Assembly (NCBI RefSeq): GCF_025526975.1
Contig: NW_026515670.1
Span: forward strand, 248,001-312,000
Length of the DNA stretch: 64,000 bases
Source: Fimicolochytrium jonesii
Lineage: Eukaryota
Direction: 5' to 3'
The position numbers and the translations under genes are program-made. The notes under the pieces were generated by a model. That model did not search any database and was not told where the DNA came from. It saw only the letters and a program-made list of their open reading frames with translations. How positions within the stretch are numbered: the stretch's first letter is position 1; each line of letters starts with the position of its first letter. This document shows, piece by piece, positions 39,700 to 52,032 of the stretch.

Positions 39700-40670
39700 T
39701 GTTCGGTGGAGGGTTCTTTGATGTCGACGTTGGCGGCACAGGTGGTGGTCTTGTTCTTGACGGGGCAGACTTTTGCAATGTGCCCCGCGCCGCCGCAGTA
39801 AAGGCAGAGGTTGTTGGAAATGCGTCGTTGGCGTTCCTGCGGGCTCAGAGGGCCGCGGGGACGAGCGGCGTCAATCTGCATAGGCTCGCTGTGGTCGACA
39901 GTGGTGGTAGTAGTAAACAAGGTATGGGGAACCGGGAAGGTCTGGCGGCTTCTGTTTCGCTCCAGGCGGCGCTCAAACAGCCGGTTATCGCACTGGATAG
40001 CCTGCTCCATCACCACATTAATGGTGGCCGCAGGGGGCATCGTGAGCATCAGGTCTTTGAGGTCTTCTTTGAGGCCACGGCGGAAGGTAGCAATCAGGGC
40101 CTGGTTGTTCCAGGAGACATCGCATTGTAGCTGGCGGAACTCAGCGACGTACTCCGTTGCTGCACGGGTTTGGGGAAGGTTCTGGAGCTTGTTTTCAGAG
40201 GTGCGGACCCTGTCGCTGTCTCCGAAGACCGATTGCATCTGACTGATAAAACTATTGAAGTCCTGAACGCTGTGATCTTGGCGTTTGACTAGGGGCGCCA
40301 TCCAGGCTTGCGCAGTGCCGGAGAGGTAGGTGCCAATAGTTTGGATCTTGATGATGTCGCTGGGGTAGGGGTCGGGCTGGAGAGCAAACATCAACCGGAT
40401 GTTGTTCAACCACCCACGGAATTTGCTGCGGGTACCATCAAACTTCTCGGGCGAGCTGATCCTTGGCTCCAGAGCAGGGTTGGTGACTTGAGGATGGGTG
40501 TACGTATCGGCTTGAACCTGGGCGGCAATGCTCTGGGCAGCTTGTGCGTCGGCTTGGGCTTGCGCTAGGTTGGCCTGCAAGTTGGCGTTTTGGCTTTGCA
40601 AGGCGGCGATGGCTTGGCACATATCGTTCCATTGCTTGGCGGTGAAAGGTACGGATTCGGGTTGGGACAT
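39672..40670 (-). CDS. gag: Gag of A1
   Basis: Motifs PEKFDG, PMQID and zinc knuckle CLYCGGAGHIAKVC. Confidence 0.92.
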   Translation of the reverse strand: MSQPESVPFTAKQWNDMCQAIAALQSQNANLQANLAQAQADAQAAQSIAAQVQADTYTHPQVTNPALEPRISSPEKFDGTRSKFRGWLNNIRLMFALQPDPYPSDIIKIQTIGTYLSGTAQAWMAPLVKRQDHSVQDFNSFISQMQSVFGDSDRVRTSENKLQNLPQTRAATEYVAEFRQLQCDVSWNNQALIATFRRGLKEDLKDLMLTMPPAATINVVMEQAIQCDNRLFERRLERNRSRQTFPVPHTLFTTTTTVDHSEPMQIDAARPRGPLSPQERQRRISNNLCLYCGGAGHIAKVCPVKNKTTTCAANVDIKEPSTEQGFPKVQPQ

Positions 40671-40739
40671 GGCGAAAAAGGTTTGTTGGATGCAGGGCTG
40701 GACGGGTTCTGAACTTCGCAGTGTTGGAGCAGATCAAAC

Positions 40740-41274
40740 TGTTATGATCTCGACGTCGGAGGCGGAAGCGAAGTAGAGAAGACAGGGCGAGAGTGATAGG
40801 CGACAAGAGATTGTATTGGCGAAACAAGAAACAAGGACTAGAACAGGAGATGAGAAGAACTGGTGTTGATCTGCTGGGGAGGAAGGGAATGGACGAAGGG
40901 AGGCCGGCTATTTATAGATAGGCAACCCAGCAGATCAGAGAACAACAACAACAAGAGGGGACTGGGGGGCGCCAGCTATGCTCCTAGAGCGTGCGTGGCG
41001 AGCGTAGAGAGCATTGCTACAGCTGCTGGCTATGGGGAAGCAGTGGGGGGTGTGGTGAAGCCGAGGGGGGATTGGCGAAATGAGAGGAGAGAGGAGGAGT
41101 GGCGATATTGCAAGAGGATTGGCGAAATGAGAGGAGAGAGGAGTGGCATTGACATTGACATTGACACTGACATTGACACTGACATTGACATTGACATTGG
41201 CGTTTGACATTTGGCGGTTGACATTGGCGGCTGTCAGTAGGTAAGCTTATGGTATGGGCGCGTCGTCCATAACA
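40740..41274 (-). repeat. 5' LTR of A1
   Basis: Direct repeat of 35236-35773. PBS adjacent at 40728-40739. Confidence 0.95.
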
Positions 41275-44200
41275 CCTACCTCAGCCATGATCGACAACGG
41301 TGCCCTGTCCTGCTTCATCGACAGAGACTTTGCCTGCAAACACCGCATCGCCCTAGTCCCGCATCAGCGTTCACTGACGATCGAACTCGTTGACGGTCAA
41401 CCCAGCTCTGCTGGGCCAATCACCCATCACACCCAACCAGTAGGCATGTGGGTCGACGACCACTTCAAAGAACTCGTCTTCCATGTCACCAAATCACCCC
41501 ATGCTCCAATCCTCCTTGGTCTCCCCTGGCTCCGCCTCCACGACATTAACCTTGACTTCAAGAACCTCTCGGTCTGTTTCCGTTGCGACTGTCAGTACCT
41601 TGAATTCGCGAATTGGGACAACTCTCCAGCACCCCCGAGCCCAGCACCTGCCAGAACCCCCGAGCCCTTGATCCGCATCCCCCCGGATGAAGTCCCCGTC
41701 AACGAAACACGGTCGATTCCAGTACCCAAGGTATCTCGCTCCAGCACCCCAGAACCGGCTCCCACGCCGCTCCGAGTCTCGTTCATCTCCGCCCCAGCCT
41801 TCCGGGTCGCAGCAAGGCATGACCAGGTCTTTGTCGCCTACGCCAACCCTGCGAAACCCGATCTCCCGGCCTTGCCTAGCCCCAGTAACCCCCCGACACC
41901 CGAGAAAGACATCAAAGACTTCCTGCCCCCCGAGTATCAAGACTTCGCCGACGTTTTTGAAAAGAGAAATGCTGACACTCTCCCCAAGCACCGGCCCTAC
42001 GACTGTCCAATCGATCTGGAAGAAGGCAAGCAGCCACCTTTCGGCCCGATCTACAGCCTCAGCGAACCAGAAATGAAGGCACTCTGCGAATACCTCGAAG
42101 AAAACCTCGCCAAAGGATTCATCAAACCCTCAAAGTCCCCTGCCGGTGCGCCAGTCTTATTCGTGAAGAAAAAGGAAGGTTCTCTCCGCCTCTGCGTCGA
42201 TTATCGAGGCCTGAACAGCATCACGGTGAAGAATCGCTACCCCCTGCCCCTGATCAACGGTATCATGGATTGTTTGCGCGGCGCCCGCCGTCTCACCAAG
42301 ATCGACCTCCGCGGCGCTTATAACCTCTTACGCATGCGCCCTGGCGATGAATGGAAGACCGCCTTCCGCTGCCGATACGGCCTATTCGAATACAATGTCA
42401 TGCCCTTTGGACTCAGCAATGCTCCTGGCGTCTTCCAGTACCTGATGAACGACATCCTCCTGCGACATTCTCGATGTGTTTGTTGTCGTCTACCTCGACG
42501 ATATCCTGATATTCTCCAAGAACCCCGAAGATCATCCCAAACATGTCCGCGAAGTCTTGTCCCGCCTCCGACAGCATGGGTTGTACGCCAACCCAGAGAA
42601 GTGCGAATTCAACCGCGAATCCGTTGAGTTCCTAGGCTTCATCATCTCCGAAGAAAGGCATCCAGATGGACCCCAAGAAGATCGCTGCCATCACGGATTG
42701 GGAACCTCCCAAGACTGTCAAAGGCGTCCAGCGGTTCCTCGGCTTTGCCAACTTCTATCGCCGATTCATCCAAGGTTATTCCAAGATCGCTACCCCGCTC
42801 ACAGCCCTGACCCGGAAAGACATCCCGTATGCCTGGACACCCGCCGCAAACACAGCCTTCGAGAACCTGAAGAAAGCATTCACCACCGCCCCCATCCTTG
42901 CTCACCCTGACCCAGAGAAGACCTTCGTCGTCGAAACTGGACGCCTCCGACTTCGCTCTTGGCGCAGTTCTCCTCCAACCTGACCAGGACAATCAGCTCC
43001 AACCCGTGGCCTTCCACTCTCGCAAATTCACGGCCGAAGAGATCAACTACGAGATCTACGACAAGGAACTTCTGGCCATCCAAGACTCCTTTGCCCAGTG
43101 GCAACACCATCTCATTGGCGCCCGTCACAAGATCACCGTTTACTCCGACCATAAAAACCTTCAGTACTTCATGACCACCCGCACCCTGAACCGCCGCCAA
43201 GCCCGCTGGTCGATATTCTTCTCGGATTTTGACTTTGTCATTACCTATCGCCCCGGTTCCCAGCAGCACCAAGCCAATGCCCTCTCCCGACGCTCCGAAC
43301 ATGAGCTAAAAAGGGGGAAGAAGCGTTCCGCTCCCAGGCAACCACAATTTTGACTCCCGAACGCCTTCGACTCGCCGCGGCCTACCTCACACCCATGGAT
43401 ACCACGCTGCTTGACAAGATTAAGGCCTGCCCAGGCCTCTGATCCCCTCGCTAAGACCATTCGCGAAAAGCTCAAGATACCCCTCGCCCAACGAACTGAG
43501 GAAACCCAAGATCGTATCAAGCGGTTCTCAGATGAAGATGGGATCCTGCTGCACGATAACCTGGTCTATGTCCCCACCAACGAGCTCCGAGCTGAAGTCT
43601 GCCACGACATGCACGATACACCCCTAGCCGGCCACTTTGGGATGTCCAAGACGCTCGAACTCGCCTCCCGCAACTACTGGTGGCCCAGCCAGTGGCGCTT
43701 CGTCAAGGCCTACGTCAAGTCCTGCGATACCTGTAGCCAAGCGAAATCCAGTTCGACACAAACCATTATGGCCTACTCCAGCCCAACAGTATCCCTACCC
43801 GCCCTTGGGGATCTTGGTCCCTGGACTTTATCACCGGTCTGCCTCCCGTGGACGGGTACGACTCCATCCTGAACGTCAACTGTTGCCTCACCAAGATGGC
43901 CCACTTCATCGCCTGCAGCGAGTCAGAATCCGCCGAATCCACCGCCGACCTAGTCTTCCACAACATCATCCGTCTCCACGGCCTCCCCGACGACGTCATC
44001 TCTGACCGAGGACCCCAGTTTAAGTCCCGGTTCTGGCGTCGACTTCTCGAACTCCTTGGGGCAAAAGCCAACCTCTCCTCGGCCTTCCACCCCCAGAGCG
44101 ATGGCCAGACGGAACGCACCAACCAGATCCTGGAGCAGTATCTCCGATGCTTTGCAACCACCAACAGGACAACTGGAAACAGCTTCTGTCGTCCGCCGAG

Positions 44201-45479
44201 TTCGCCTACAACAACACCCACCAGTCCGCCTCCCAGACCACCCCCTTCTACGCCAACAAGGGTCTCCACCCCCGCTTCAGTTTCGCGGCCTCTGCTACCT
44301 CCGAATCCGTCAACCCCGCCGCTGAAGCCCGCGCTAAACAAATCAGGGAAGTCCATGAACAGCTCGCCCTCGAGCTCAAGGAAGCCCAAGATCAAATGAA
44401 GCGCTACGCCGACGCTAAACGAATTCCTGGACCGGACTTCAAGCCTGGCGACCACGTCTGGCTCCTCCGCAAAAACCTCCAGACAACCCAGGCCCTCTCA
44501 GAAACTCGACCATCGCAAGATTGGGCCATTCCCCATCGTTGAAAAAATCAATCCCGTCGCCTACCGGCTCAAGCTCCCGCCTACGTACAAAATCCACGAT
44601 GTCTTCCATGTCTCGCTCCTCGAACCCCGCTTCACCATCCCCGAACGACACGAACCCGAACCCGCGCCCCCAGAGACCTGTTGAGGGTCAAGAAGAGTGG
44701 GTTGTCGAAGCCATCCTTCACTCTCGCATCCATTGTCGTCGCCTTCAGTACTTGGTCAAATGGCAGGGCTGGCCTGACTCCGAGAACACCTGGGAGCCCG
44801 TGGAACACCTCACCCGTACCGACGCACTCCTCCAGGATTCCACAGCGCGTACCCCAACAAGCCTTCCTCTGTTCCCGTAGCACCTCCTCTGCGGCCACAC
44901 CAAACTCGATGCCGCCGCCGCCGCCGCTAAAAGAGGGGTGATGTTATGGACGACGCGCCCATACCATAAGCTTACCTACTGACAGCCGCCAATGTCAACC
45001 GCCAAATGTCAAACGCCAATGTCAATGTCAATGTCAGTGTCAATGTCAGTGTCAATGTCAATGTCAATGCCACTCCCCCTCTCTCCTCTCATTTCGCCAA
45101 TCCTCTTGCAATATCGCCACTCCTCCTCTCTCCTCTCATTTCGCCAATCCCCCCTCGGCTTCTCCACACCCCCCACTGCTTCCCCATAGCCAGCAGCTGT
45201 AGCAATGCTCTCTACGCTCGCCACGCACGCTCTAGGAGCATAGCTGGCGCCCCCCAGTCCCCTCTTGTTGTTGTTGTTCTCTGATCTGCTGGGTTGCCTA
45301 TCTATAAATAGCCGGCCTCCCTTCGTCCATTCCCTTCCTCCCCAGCAGATCAACACCAGTTCTTCTCATCTCCTGTTCTAGTCCTTGTTTCTTGTTTCGC
45401 CAATACAATCTCTTGTCGCCTATCACACTCGCCCTGTCTTCTCTACTTCGCTTCTGCCCCCGTCGTCGAGATCATACCA
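41275..45479 (+). mobile_element. pol: Family A copy A2, 5'-truncated within protease; frameshifted pol plus 3' LTR (44942-45479)
   Basis: Near-identical reverse complement of the A1 pol. PPT AAAAGAGGGGTGA precedes TGTTATGG at 44942. Confidence 0.93.
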
Positions 45480-46043
45480 CCTACGATGAGCAACTCTCAG
45501 GCGGCTGCTAATACCGCTGTCAGCTATGCGATAGTTAACAATGACCGCTTAGAGCTTGACCCATTTGAACACCCGCATCGAAGGGCACAACGGCTCGACG
45601 GCGACCAACGCCAAGGCATCGGCCCCGCAGAGCGTAACCGCCCCTTGCACAGGCGCAGGGGGTCACCCCCATGGTCGCTACCTGGGAGGAGGCACTCCCG
45701 CTCACGCTCACCCCGTCGACGTCGAAGCCCAAACCCCCGACGCCGGAATCGGACGCCAGAGCGATACAGGCGCGGACGACAAGGTCGCAGGAGCATCTCC
45801 CGACCCCGTCGAAGGAGCCGCTTAGCAAGCCGCTACCGCAGCCGCTCCCCGGCGAGGACCCAAAGCCGCTCCCCCATGCGGCGCAGGAGCCGTACCCCAG
45901 CCCAACAGGAGAACGGACAGGCAACAATCCTCCAAAACCTACCACCCGCCGATGGCAACAACCCAGCGCTTGCACGGCCCGGTTACTCGAACCTCATACG
46001 GGCCCTCGCCACCGCCGTTTCTACCCAAAGCGCGCGGCCTTAA

Positions 46044-48765
46044 ATGAGGAGGGCTTCCTCACGGCCAAACCATTCAAGCGAGCAATCAAGAGGGATAAGA
46101 TCACCGAGGTCTATACCGCATGGGTCTCACGCACGGACACGGAGGTGGACCTGGCCACAGACGACGCCCTCACGGGTGTTGCCGAAGCCAAAGGGTAACT
46201 TCGTTTGCACGGGCGAGGCGAAGAACCGTGCGATCCTGGCGGACCGAAAGGCAATGGCCACCCCTCCGGATACCACCCCGGAGGATCCACTCGCATCGGT
46301 CGTCGCCAACCACCCTCTTCGCCCGACGTTGGAACAGTTTACAGATACCCTCTTCACCGAACAGAACGGCCTCCCGCCGGACCGCGGCGACGACAACTTC
46401 AGCATCAATCTGAAGCCCGGCTCCAAGCCTGTCATGCTCCCACTCTGCCACTTAGCCCCCGATGAACTCGACGAGTCACGGCAGCAACTCTAGCGCCTAT
46501 CATCCCGCGGGTGGATCTCCCCCTCTAAGAGCCCCTGGGGAGCACCCGCACTGTTTGCCCCGAAGAAGGACGGTGGGCTCCGCTGCTGCATCGACTACCA
46601 CGCCCTCAACAAGATGACCCATAAGGACGCCACGCCCCTCCCAAACCTCAACGAGCTTTGGGACCGCCTCGTCGGCATTAAGGGCTTCACCGCTATCGAC
46701 ATCCACGATGCCTACCACTGCATCCTCATTCGGGAGGAAGACCGTGAGAAGACTGCCTTCCAGACGCGCTTCGGCCACTTCCAGTACAACGTATTACCCT
46801 TCGGGCTGACGAACGCGCCCGCGACGTTCCAACGCCTCACGAACAAACTCCTGGGCAACAAGTACGATTCATACCTCATCTCTTACCTCGATGACATCCT
46901 TATTTTCAGCCCAGACATGGACTCACACATCGGGCATGTCACCAAAGTGCTCAAGACCCTCTCGGCTCACCGCCTCCACGTGAAACCGTCCAAATGTCAG
47001 TGGGCAGTGGACCGGGTCGAGTTCTGCGGGCACATGGTCGGTAAGGACGGCTTTTCCATCGCCCCGTCCAACGTTGAGGCTGTCCGCGCTCGACCCAAAC
47101 CCACCAGCGCCTTCGAGCTCCTCTCGTTCATGGGGCTAGTCAACTATGTCAAGGAATACATTCCGCATTATGCTGACACAGCCCTCCCACTGACCAACCT
47201 TCAATCCGGCACCCGCCCGTGGCAGTGGGGCGCCGAGGAACAAGCAGCATTCGACACCATCAAGGCGCGCGTCGCCGATGCCCCTTGCCTGGCATTCTTC
47301 GACCCCGATAAGTTCCCCTACGTCTTCTCTGACGCGTCGGGCATCGCCGTAGGGGGCTGGATTGGTCAGGGCATGGATGGCGACTTTCCCATGCCGAATC
47401 CACTGCCCACCACGAAAAAGGGCCTCAATAACCTTCCGCGCCTCCGCGTCATGTCATATTACTCACGCAAGATGGCTCCGGCCGAAATCCGATACCCCTT
47501 GCACAAACAGGCGCTCCTCGCATTGGTCAAAGTGATCCGCGCTAACCGCCACTACCTCATCGGTCGCCAATTCCGTGCATTTGTTGACCACGAATCCCTC
47601 ATATACCTCCAGAATCAGCCTCATCTCTCCCGGCGCCAGGCTGGATGGGTGGAGTTCCTTCAGGACTACGACTTCACCATCGAATACCTCCCCGGCGAGT
47701 TCAATCACATCGCCGACATACTCAGCCGCACCCCGCTGTACGCCCCGAAGTGCGCCAGCTGTCCGATGAAGGTCGAAGTGTTCTCCATTGTCACCGGGAC
47801 ACCTCTACCGGGCATCACCGACCGCCTCCCTACCGACACCGAGTGGCTCACTGTGCTCGACGATGACAAGTTCTGCAAGGACACCCTCGCCCACCTGCAG
47901 ACCACCGCGACGAACCCCGACGACCCCTCTACCCTCTCGGGTTTTGCCCGCCGCCTCACGCGCGACGACCGTGGCTTCCTTTTGTACCATGGCCGCCGCT
48001 ACGTCCCCGAGGGCCTTCGGGGCCCCCTTCTCAGGTTCTATCACGACTCCCTGGCCAACGGCGGCCACTTGGGTGTCCAGCGCACCGTCGCCAAACTCCT
48101 CGCGCTCTACTACTGGCCCCGCCTCAAGCGCGAGGTCCACCAGTACGTCCGGACTTGTCCCGACTGCCAACGCAACAAGCAGGCTTCCAACTTCGGGCTC
48201 CTACGCAGCATTCCGGTCCCCGGCGAGCGCTGGCGTTGCGTCGGCTTGGACATCTACTTCCCCACGACGACCTCTAAGGGGGGGGAAGCGGGAGACGAGT
48301 CCGTCATGGACAAGGGAGCTGTCCTCATCCTGGTGGACTACTTATCCAGCCGCGTAATCCTCCTCAAGACCCACGCCAAGGCGACGGCAAAGGAACTCGC
48401 CCAGCTGTTCTTCGACCAGGCCTTCCGCATCACGGGCATGCTCCACACGATCATCAGCGATCGGGACACCAAATGGACCGGCGCCTTTTGGAAGCACCTC
48501 CTGAAGTGCGCCGGCGTAGAGCAGGAACTCTCGTCGGCACGCCACCAACAGACCGACGGCAAGACGGAGAACGTCATCAAGACAATCAAGAAGATGATGG
48601 TCCCCTACCTCAACTACACCGGCTCCAACTGGCGCGAGATGCTTCCCCTCCTCGAGTACAACTACAACAGGACCCCCCAGGCCTCCACGGGCATGTCCCC
48701 GTACGAGATCGACATCGGGTACATCCCGAAGGTACCAGACCAATGGGGTACCGGCGACCCAACAT
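46044..48765 (+). pseudogene. pol: Family C pol (RT-RNase H-integrase core)
   Basis: SPWGAPALF, LPFGLTNAP, YLDD, SDASG, HHCC zinc finger, SDRD and HQQTDGKTE. In-frame TAG at 46491-46493. Confidence 0.9.
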
Positions 48766-49307
48766 TGTTATGAATGGGCGGAGCCGATGGAAATAGAGGC
48801 GACTTGTGGTGCAGGTTGTTGACAGGTAATGGTATTCAGACCGAAACAAGAACTAGAACAAGACTAGGAAGAACTGGTGTTGATCTGCTGGGGGATCAGG
48901 AAGTGGGGAGCTCAGGGGAGGCGGCTATTTATGTTTTTTCTGGGAAGGCTGGGGAAGCGTGGGGAAGCAGAAGGGTACGGAATGAGAGGGAAGCCAAGAG
49001 AAGCGCCAAGGGTGGGGAAGCATAGAAACAGAAGACTGGGGATGGGGTGGCTACGCTGAGGCTGTGGGCGGGTACGTGGGAAGTATGGAGAAGGGTTTGT
49101 AAGCGCCGAGTGTTGGGAGGTGTGGCTACGTGCGGCTGCGTGGAGAAATGAAGGCAGTGGCAGGTGTGGGGTAGCGCGGCTGCGTGCGGCTGCGAGGTTT
49201 GGCAGATGTCAGGTTTTGACAGGGAATTGACATTGACTGACTGTTGGGATGCTGTCATGAGGTAAGCGCATGGTATGGACGCGTCGTCCATAACATCACC
49301 CCCTCCT

Positions 49308-50460
49308 TTAGCCACGGCGTCCGGATGTTGTTTTGATGTTGGCAGGCTTTGGTCGGGGTTTGTCGGGGTACTTTTGGTGGAACTGGGCAACAAGCTCTTG
49401 ACATCGGGCAAGGTGTTCCACTGGCTCCCATGTGTTCTCCAAGCTTGGCCAACCCTGCCACTTGATGAGGTACTGAAGGTGCGTGCGTCGAATACGGGAG
49501 TCAAGAATGTCTTCCACAATCCATTCCTCCTGTCCTTCGACTTCTTCTGGTGGGGTGGGTTCTGGCTCAGTTCGCTCCGGAATGGTGAAACGTGGTTCAA
49601 GAAGGGAGACATGGAAGACGTTGTGAATTTTGTAGGATGGGGGAAGCTTGAGGCGATATGTGACCGAGTTGATCTTCTCCGTGATTGTGAAGGGGCCAAT
49701 CTTACAGTGATCAAGTTTCTGGGAAGGTCGGAGAGTCTTGAGATTCCGCTGTAAGAGCCAGACACTGTCCCCGGGTTTCATGTCTGGGCCAGGTGCCCTC
49801 TTAGCATCGGCAAAGTGCTTCATGCGTCCTTGGGCCTCCTTGAGCTCAGTGGCAAGCTGTTCATGGATTTCCTTGAGATGGTTGGCACGAGCTTCGGCTG
49901 CAGGATTAAGGGATTTGGTTGTGGTGGCGGAAGCCAGACTGAATCGAGGATGGAACCCATAGTTGGCGTAGAAGGGGGTTGTCTGGGTGGCGGAGTGGAT
50001 GGTGTTATTGTAAGAGAACTCAGCAGAAGACAAGAGTTCCTTCCAGTTATCTTGTTGATAGTTGCAAAAGCAGCGAAGGTATTGCTCAAGAATCTGATTG
50101 GTCCGCTCGGTTTGTCCATCGCTCTGGGGATGGAACGCCGATGAGAGGTTGACCTTGGTTCCCAGGAGAGCGAAGAGACGTTTCCAGAAGTGGGAGTTGA
50201 ACTGTGGGCCACGGTCAGATACAATATCGTCGGGGAGTCCATGGAGCCGGATGACATGGTGCCAGATCAGATCTGCAGTTGATTCAGCGGTGGCAGTTTT
50301 CCTGCACGGTACGAAGTGCGCCATCTTGGTGAACCGGCAGATGACAACAAGCACAGAACCAACCCCATCACTGGCGGGTAGATCCGTGATGAAGTCCATG
50401 GAAATTGACCCCCAGGGGCGGTCAGGGACCTGCAGGGGTTGGAGAAGACCGTAGGGCTTG
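49308..50460 (-). pseudogene. pol: Family B integrase core + chromodomain fragment, copy 1
   Basis: Motifs MDFITDLP, SDRGPQF, HPQSDGQTER, GPF and YLIKWQGW. Separated from the upstream pol by an LTR. Confidence 0.9.
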
Positions 50461-51105
50461 TGTTATGGACGACGCGTCCATACCATGCGCTTACCTCATG
50501 ACAGCATCCCAACAGTCAGTCAATGTCAATTCCCTGTCAAAACCTGACACCTGCCAAACCTCGCAGCCGCACGCAGCCGCGCTACCCCACACCTGCCACT
50601 GCCTTCATTTCTCCACGCAGCCGCACGTAGCCACACCTCCCAACACTCGGCGCTTACAAACCCTTCTCCATACTTCCCCACGTACCCGCCCACAGCCTCA
50701 GCGTAGCCACCCCATCCCCAGTCTTCTGTTTCCATACTTCCCCACGTACCCGCCCACGGCCTCAGCGTAGCCACCCCATCCCCAGTCTTCTGTTTCTATG
50801 CTTCCCCACCCTTGGCGCTTCTCTTGGCTTCCCTCTCATTCCGTACCCTTCTGCTTCCCCACGCTTCCCCAGCCTTCCCAGAAAAACATAAATAGCCGCC
50901 TCCCCTGAGCTCCCCACTTCCTGATCCCCCAGCAGATCAACACCAGTTCTTCCTAGTCTTGTTCTAGTTCTTGTTTCGATCTGAATACCATTACCTGTCA
51001 ACAATCTGCACCACAAGTCGCCTCTATTTCCATCGGCTCCGCCCATTCATAACAGTTTGATCTGCTCAACAACCCCCAGCCGCTGTACCTCCACGCCAAA
51101 TCACC

Positions 51106-52032
51106 ATGTCCGACGCCCTTCCCCTCACGGCCGAAGCCTGGCAAGCCATGTGCAATGCGATTGACGAACTTCGAGCGCAGAATACCACCCTACAAGCCGA
51201 ACTAGCGCAAACCCAGACCACTGCCCCTGCCACCCACGCCCCCGAACCCAAAATCAGTCTCCCAGACAAATTTGATGGCACCCGAAGCAAGTTCCGTGGG
51301 TTACTCAACCAGATCCGGCTCATGTTCGCCCTCCAACCCAGGCGCTACCCCAACGATCAGACCAAGATACAAACTATTGGCACCTACCTCACTGGCACTG
51401 CCCAGGCCTGGCTGGCGCCCCTTGTCAAACAAGACCATCATTCCCTTACAAACCTGGATGATTTCATCCAGCAAATGCAAGCAGTCTTTGGAGACAGCGA
51501 CAGGATCCGCACATCCGAAAACAAGCTCCAGAACCTTCGACAAACCCGTGCAGCAACAGAGTATGTAGCTGAATTCCGACAGCTGCAATGCGATGTGTCG
51601 TGGAATGACCAGGCATTGATTGCCACCTTCCGTCGCGGCCTCAAAGAAGACGTCAAGGACTTAATGCTCACGATGCCCCCTACCGCCTCAATCGACACCG
51701 TGATGGAACAGGCCATCCAATGTGACAACCGATTGTTTGAGCGCCGTCTAGAGCGAAGCAGGAACCGACAGCCATATGTGCCAGTTACCACTAGCCCCAC
51801 CCTCATGAGCCCCGACAACCGCCCAGACGACCCTATGATCATTGACGCTGCTCGTCCGCGAGGACCCCTCACACCGCTAGAGCGCCAACACCGCATCACA
51901 AACAAACTTTGCGTCTACTGTGGTAAACCCGGCCACATAGCCAAACTCTGCCCGAACAAGATACGCACGGCGAATGTCGCGGTTAAGGAACCTGCACCCA
52001 TCCAGGATTTTGCCCAAGTCCAGCTGCAGTAA
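51106..52032 (+). CDS. gag: Family B Gag, intact
   Basis: Motifs PDKFDG, PMIID and CVYCGKPGHIAKLC. Confidence 0.92.
   Translation: MSDALPLTAEAWQAMCNAIDELRAQNTTLQAELAQTQTTAPATHAPEPKISLPDKFDGTRSKFRGLLNQIRLMFALQPRRYPNDQTKIQTIGTYLTGTAQAWLAPLVKQDHHSLTNLDDFIQQMQAVFGDSDRIRTSENKLQNLRQTRAATEYVAEFRQLQCDVSWNDQALIATFRRGLKEDVKDLMLTMPPTASIDTVMEQAIQCDNRLFERRLERSRNRQPYVPVTTSPTLMSPDNRPDDPMIIDAARPRGPLTPLERQHRITNKLCVYCGKPGHIAKLCPNKIRTANVAVKEPAPIQDFAQVQLQ

Larger units (their letters stand above)
35236..41274 (-). mobile_element. Ty3/Gypsy chromovirus family A, copy A1 (full structure, frameshifted pol)
   Basis: TG..CA LTRs at 35236-35773 and 40740-41274, PPT adjacent to 35774, gag, then PR, RT (YLDD), RNase H, IN and chromodomain (YLVKWQGW..ENTWEP). 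Confidence 0.95.

Noticed and set aside
36900..44700. Many A1/A2 pol frameshifts as programmed recoding
   Set aside because: Positions differ between the two copies and several sit in short runs; mutation or sequencing indels are more likely.
41275..45484. CCTAC at both 41275 and 45480 as a TSD
   Set aside because: Both copies lie to the right of LTRs and the first is native A protease sequence, so they do not bracket one element. Likely coincidence or target preference.
51055..51075. tRNA primer-binding site
   Set aside because: No TGG start; better explained by complementarity to the LTR's own R region.
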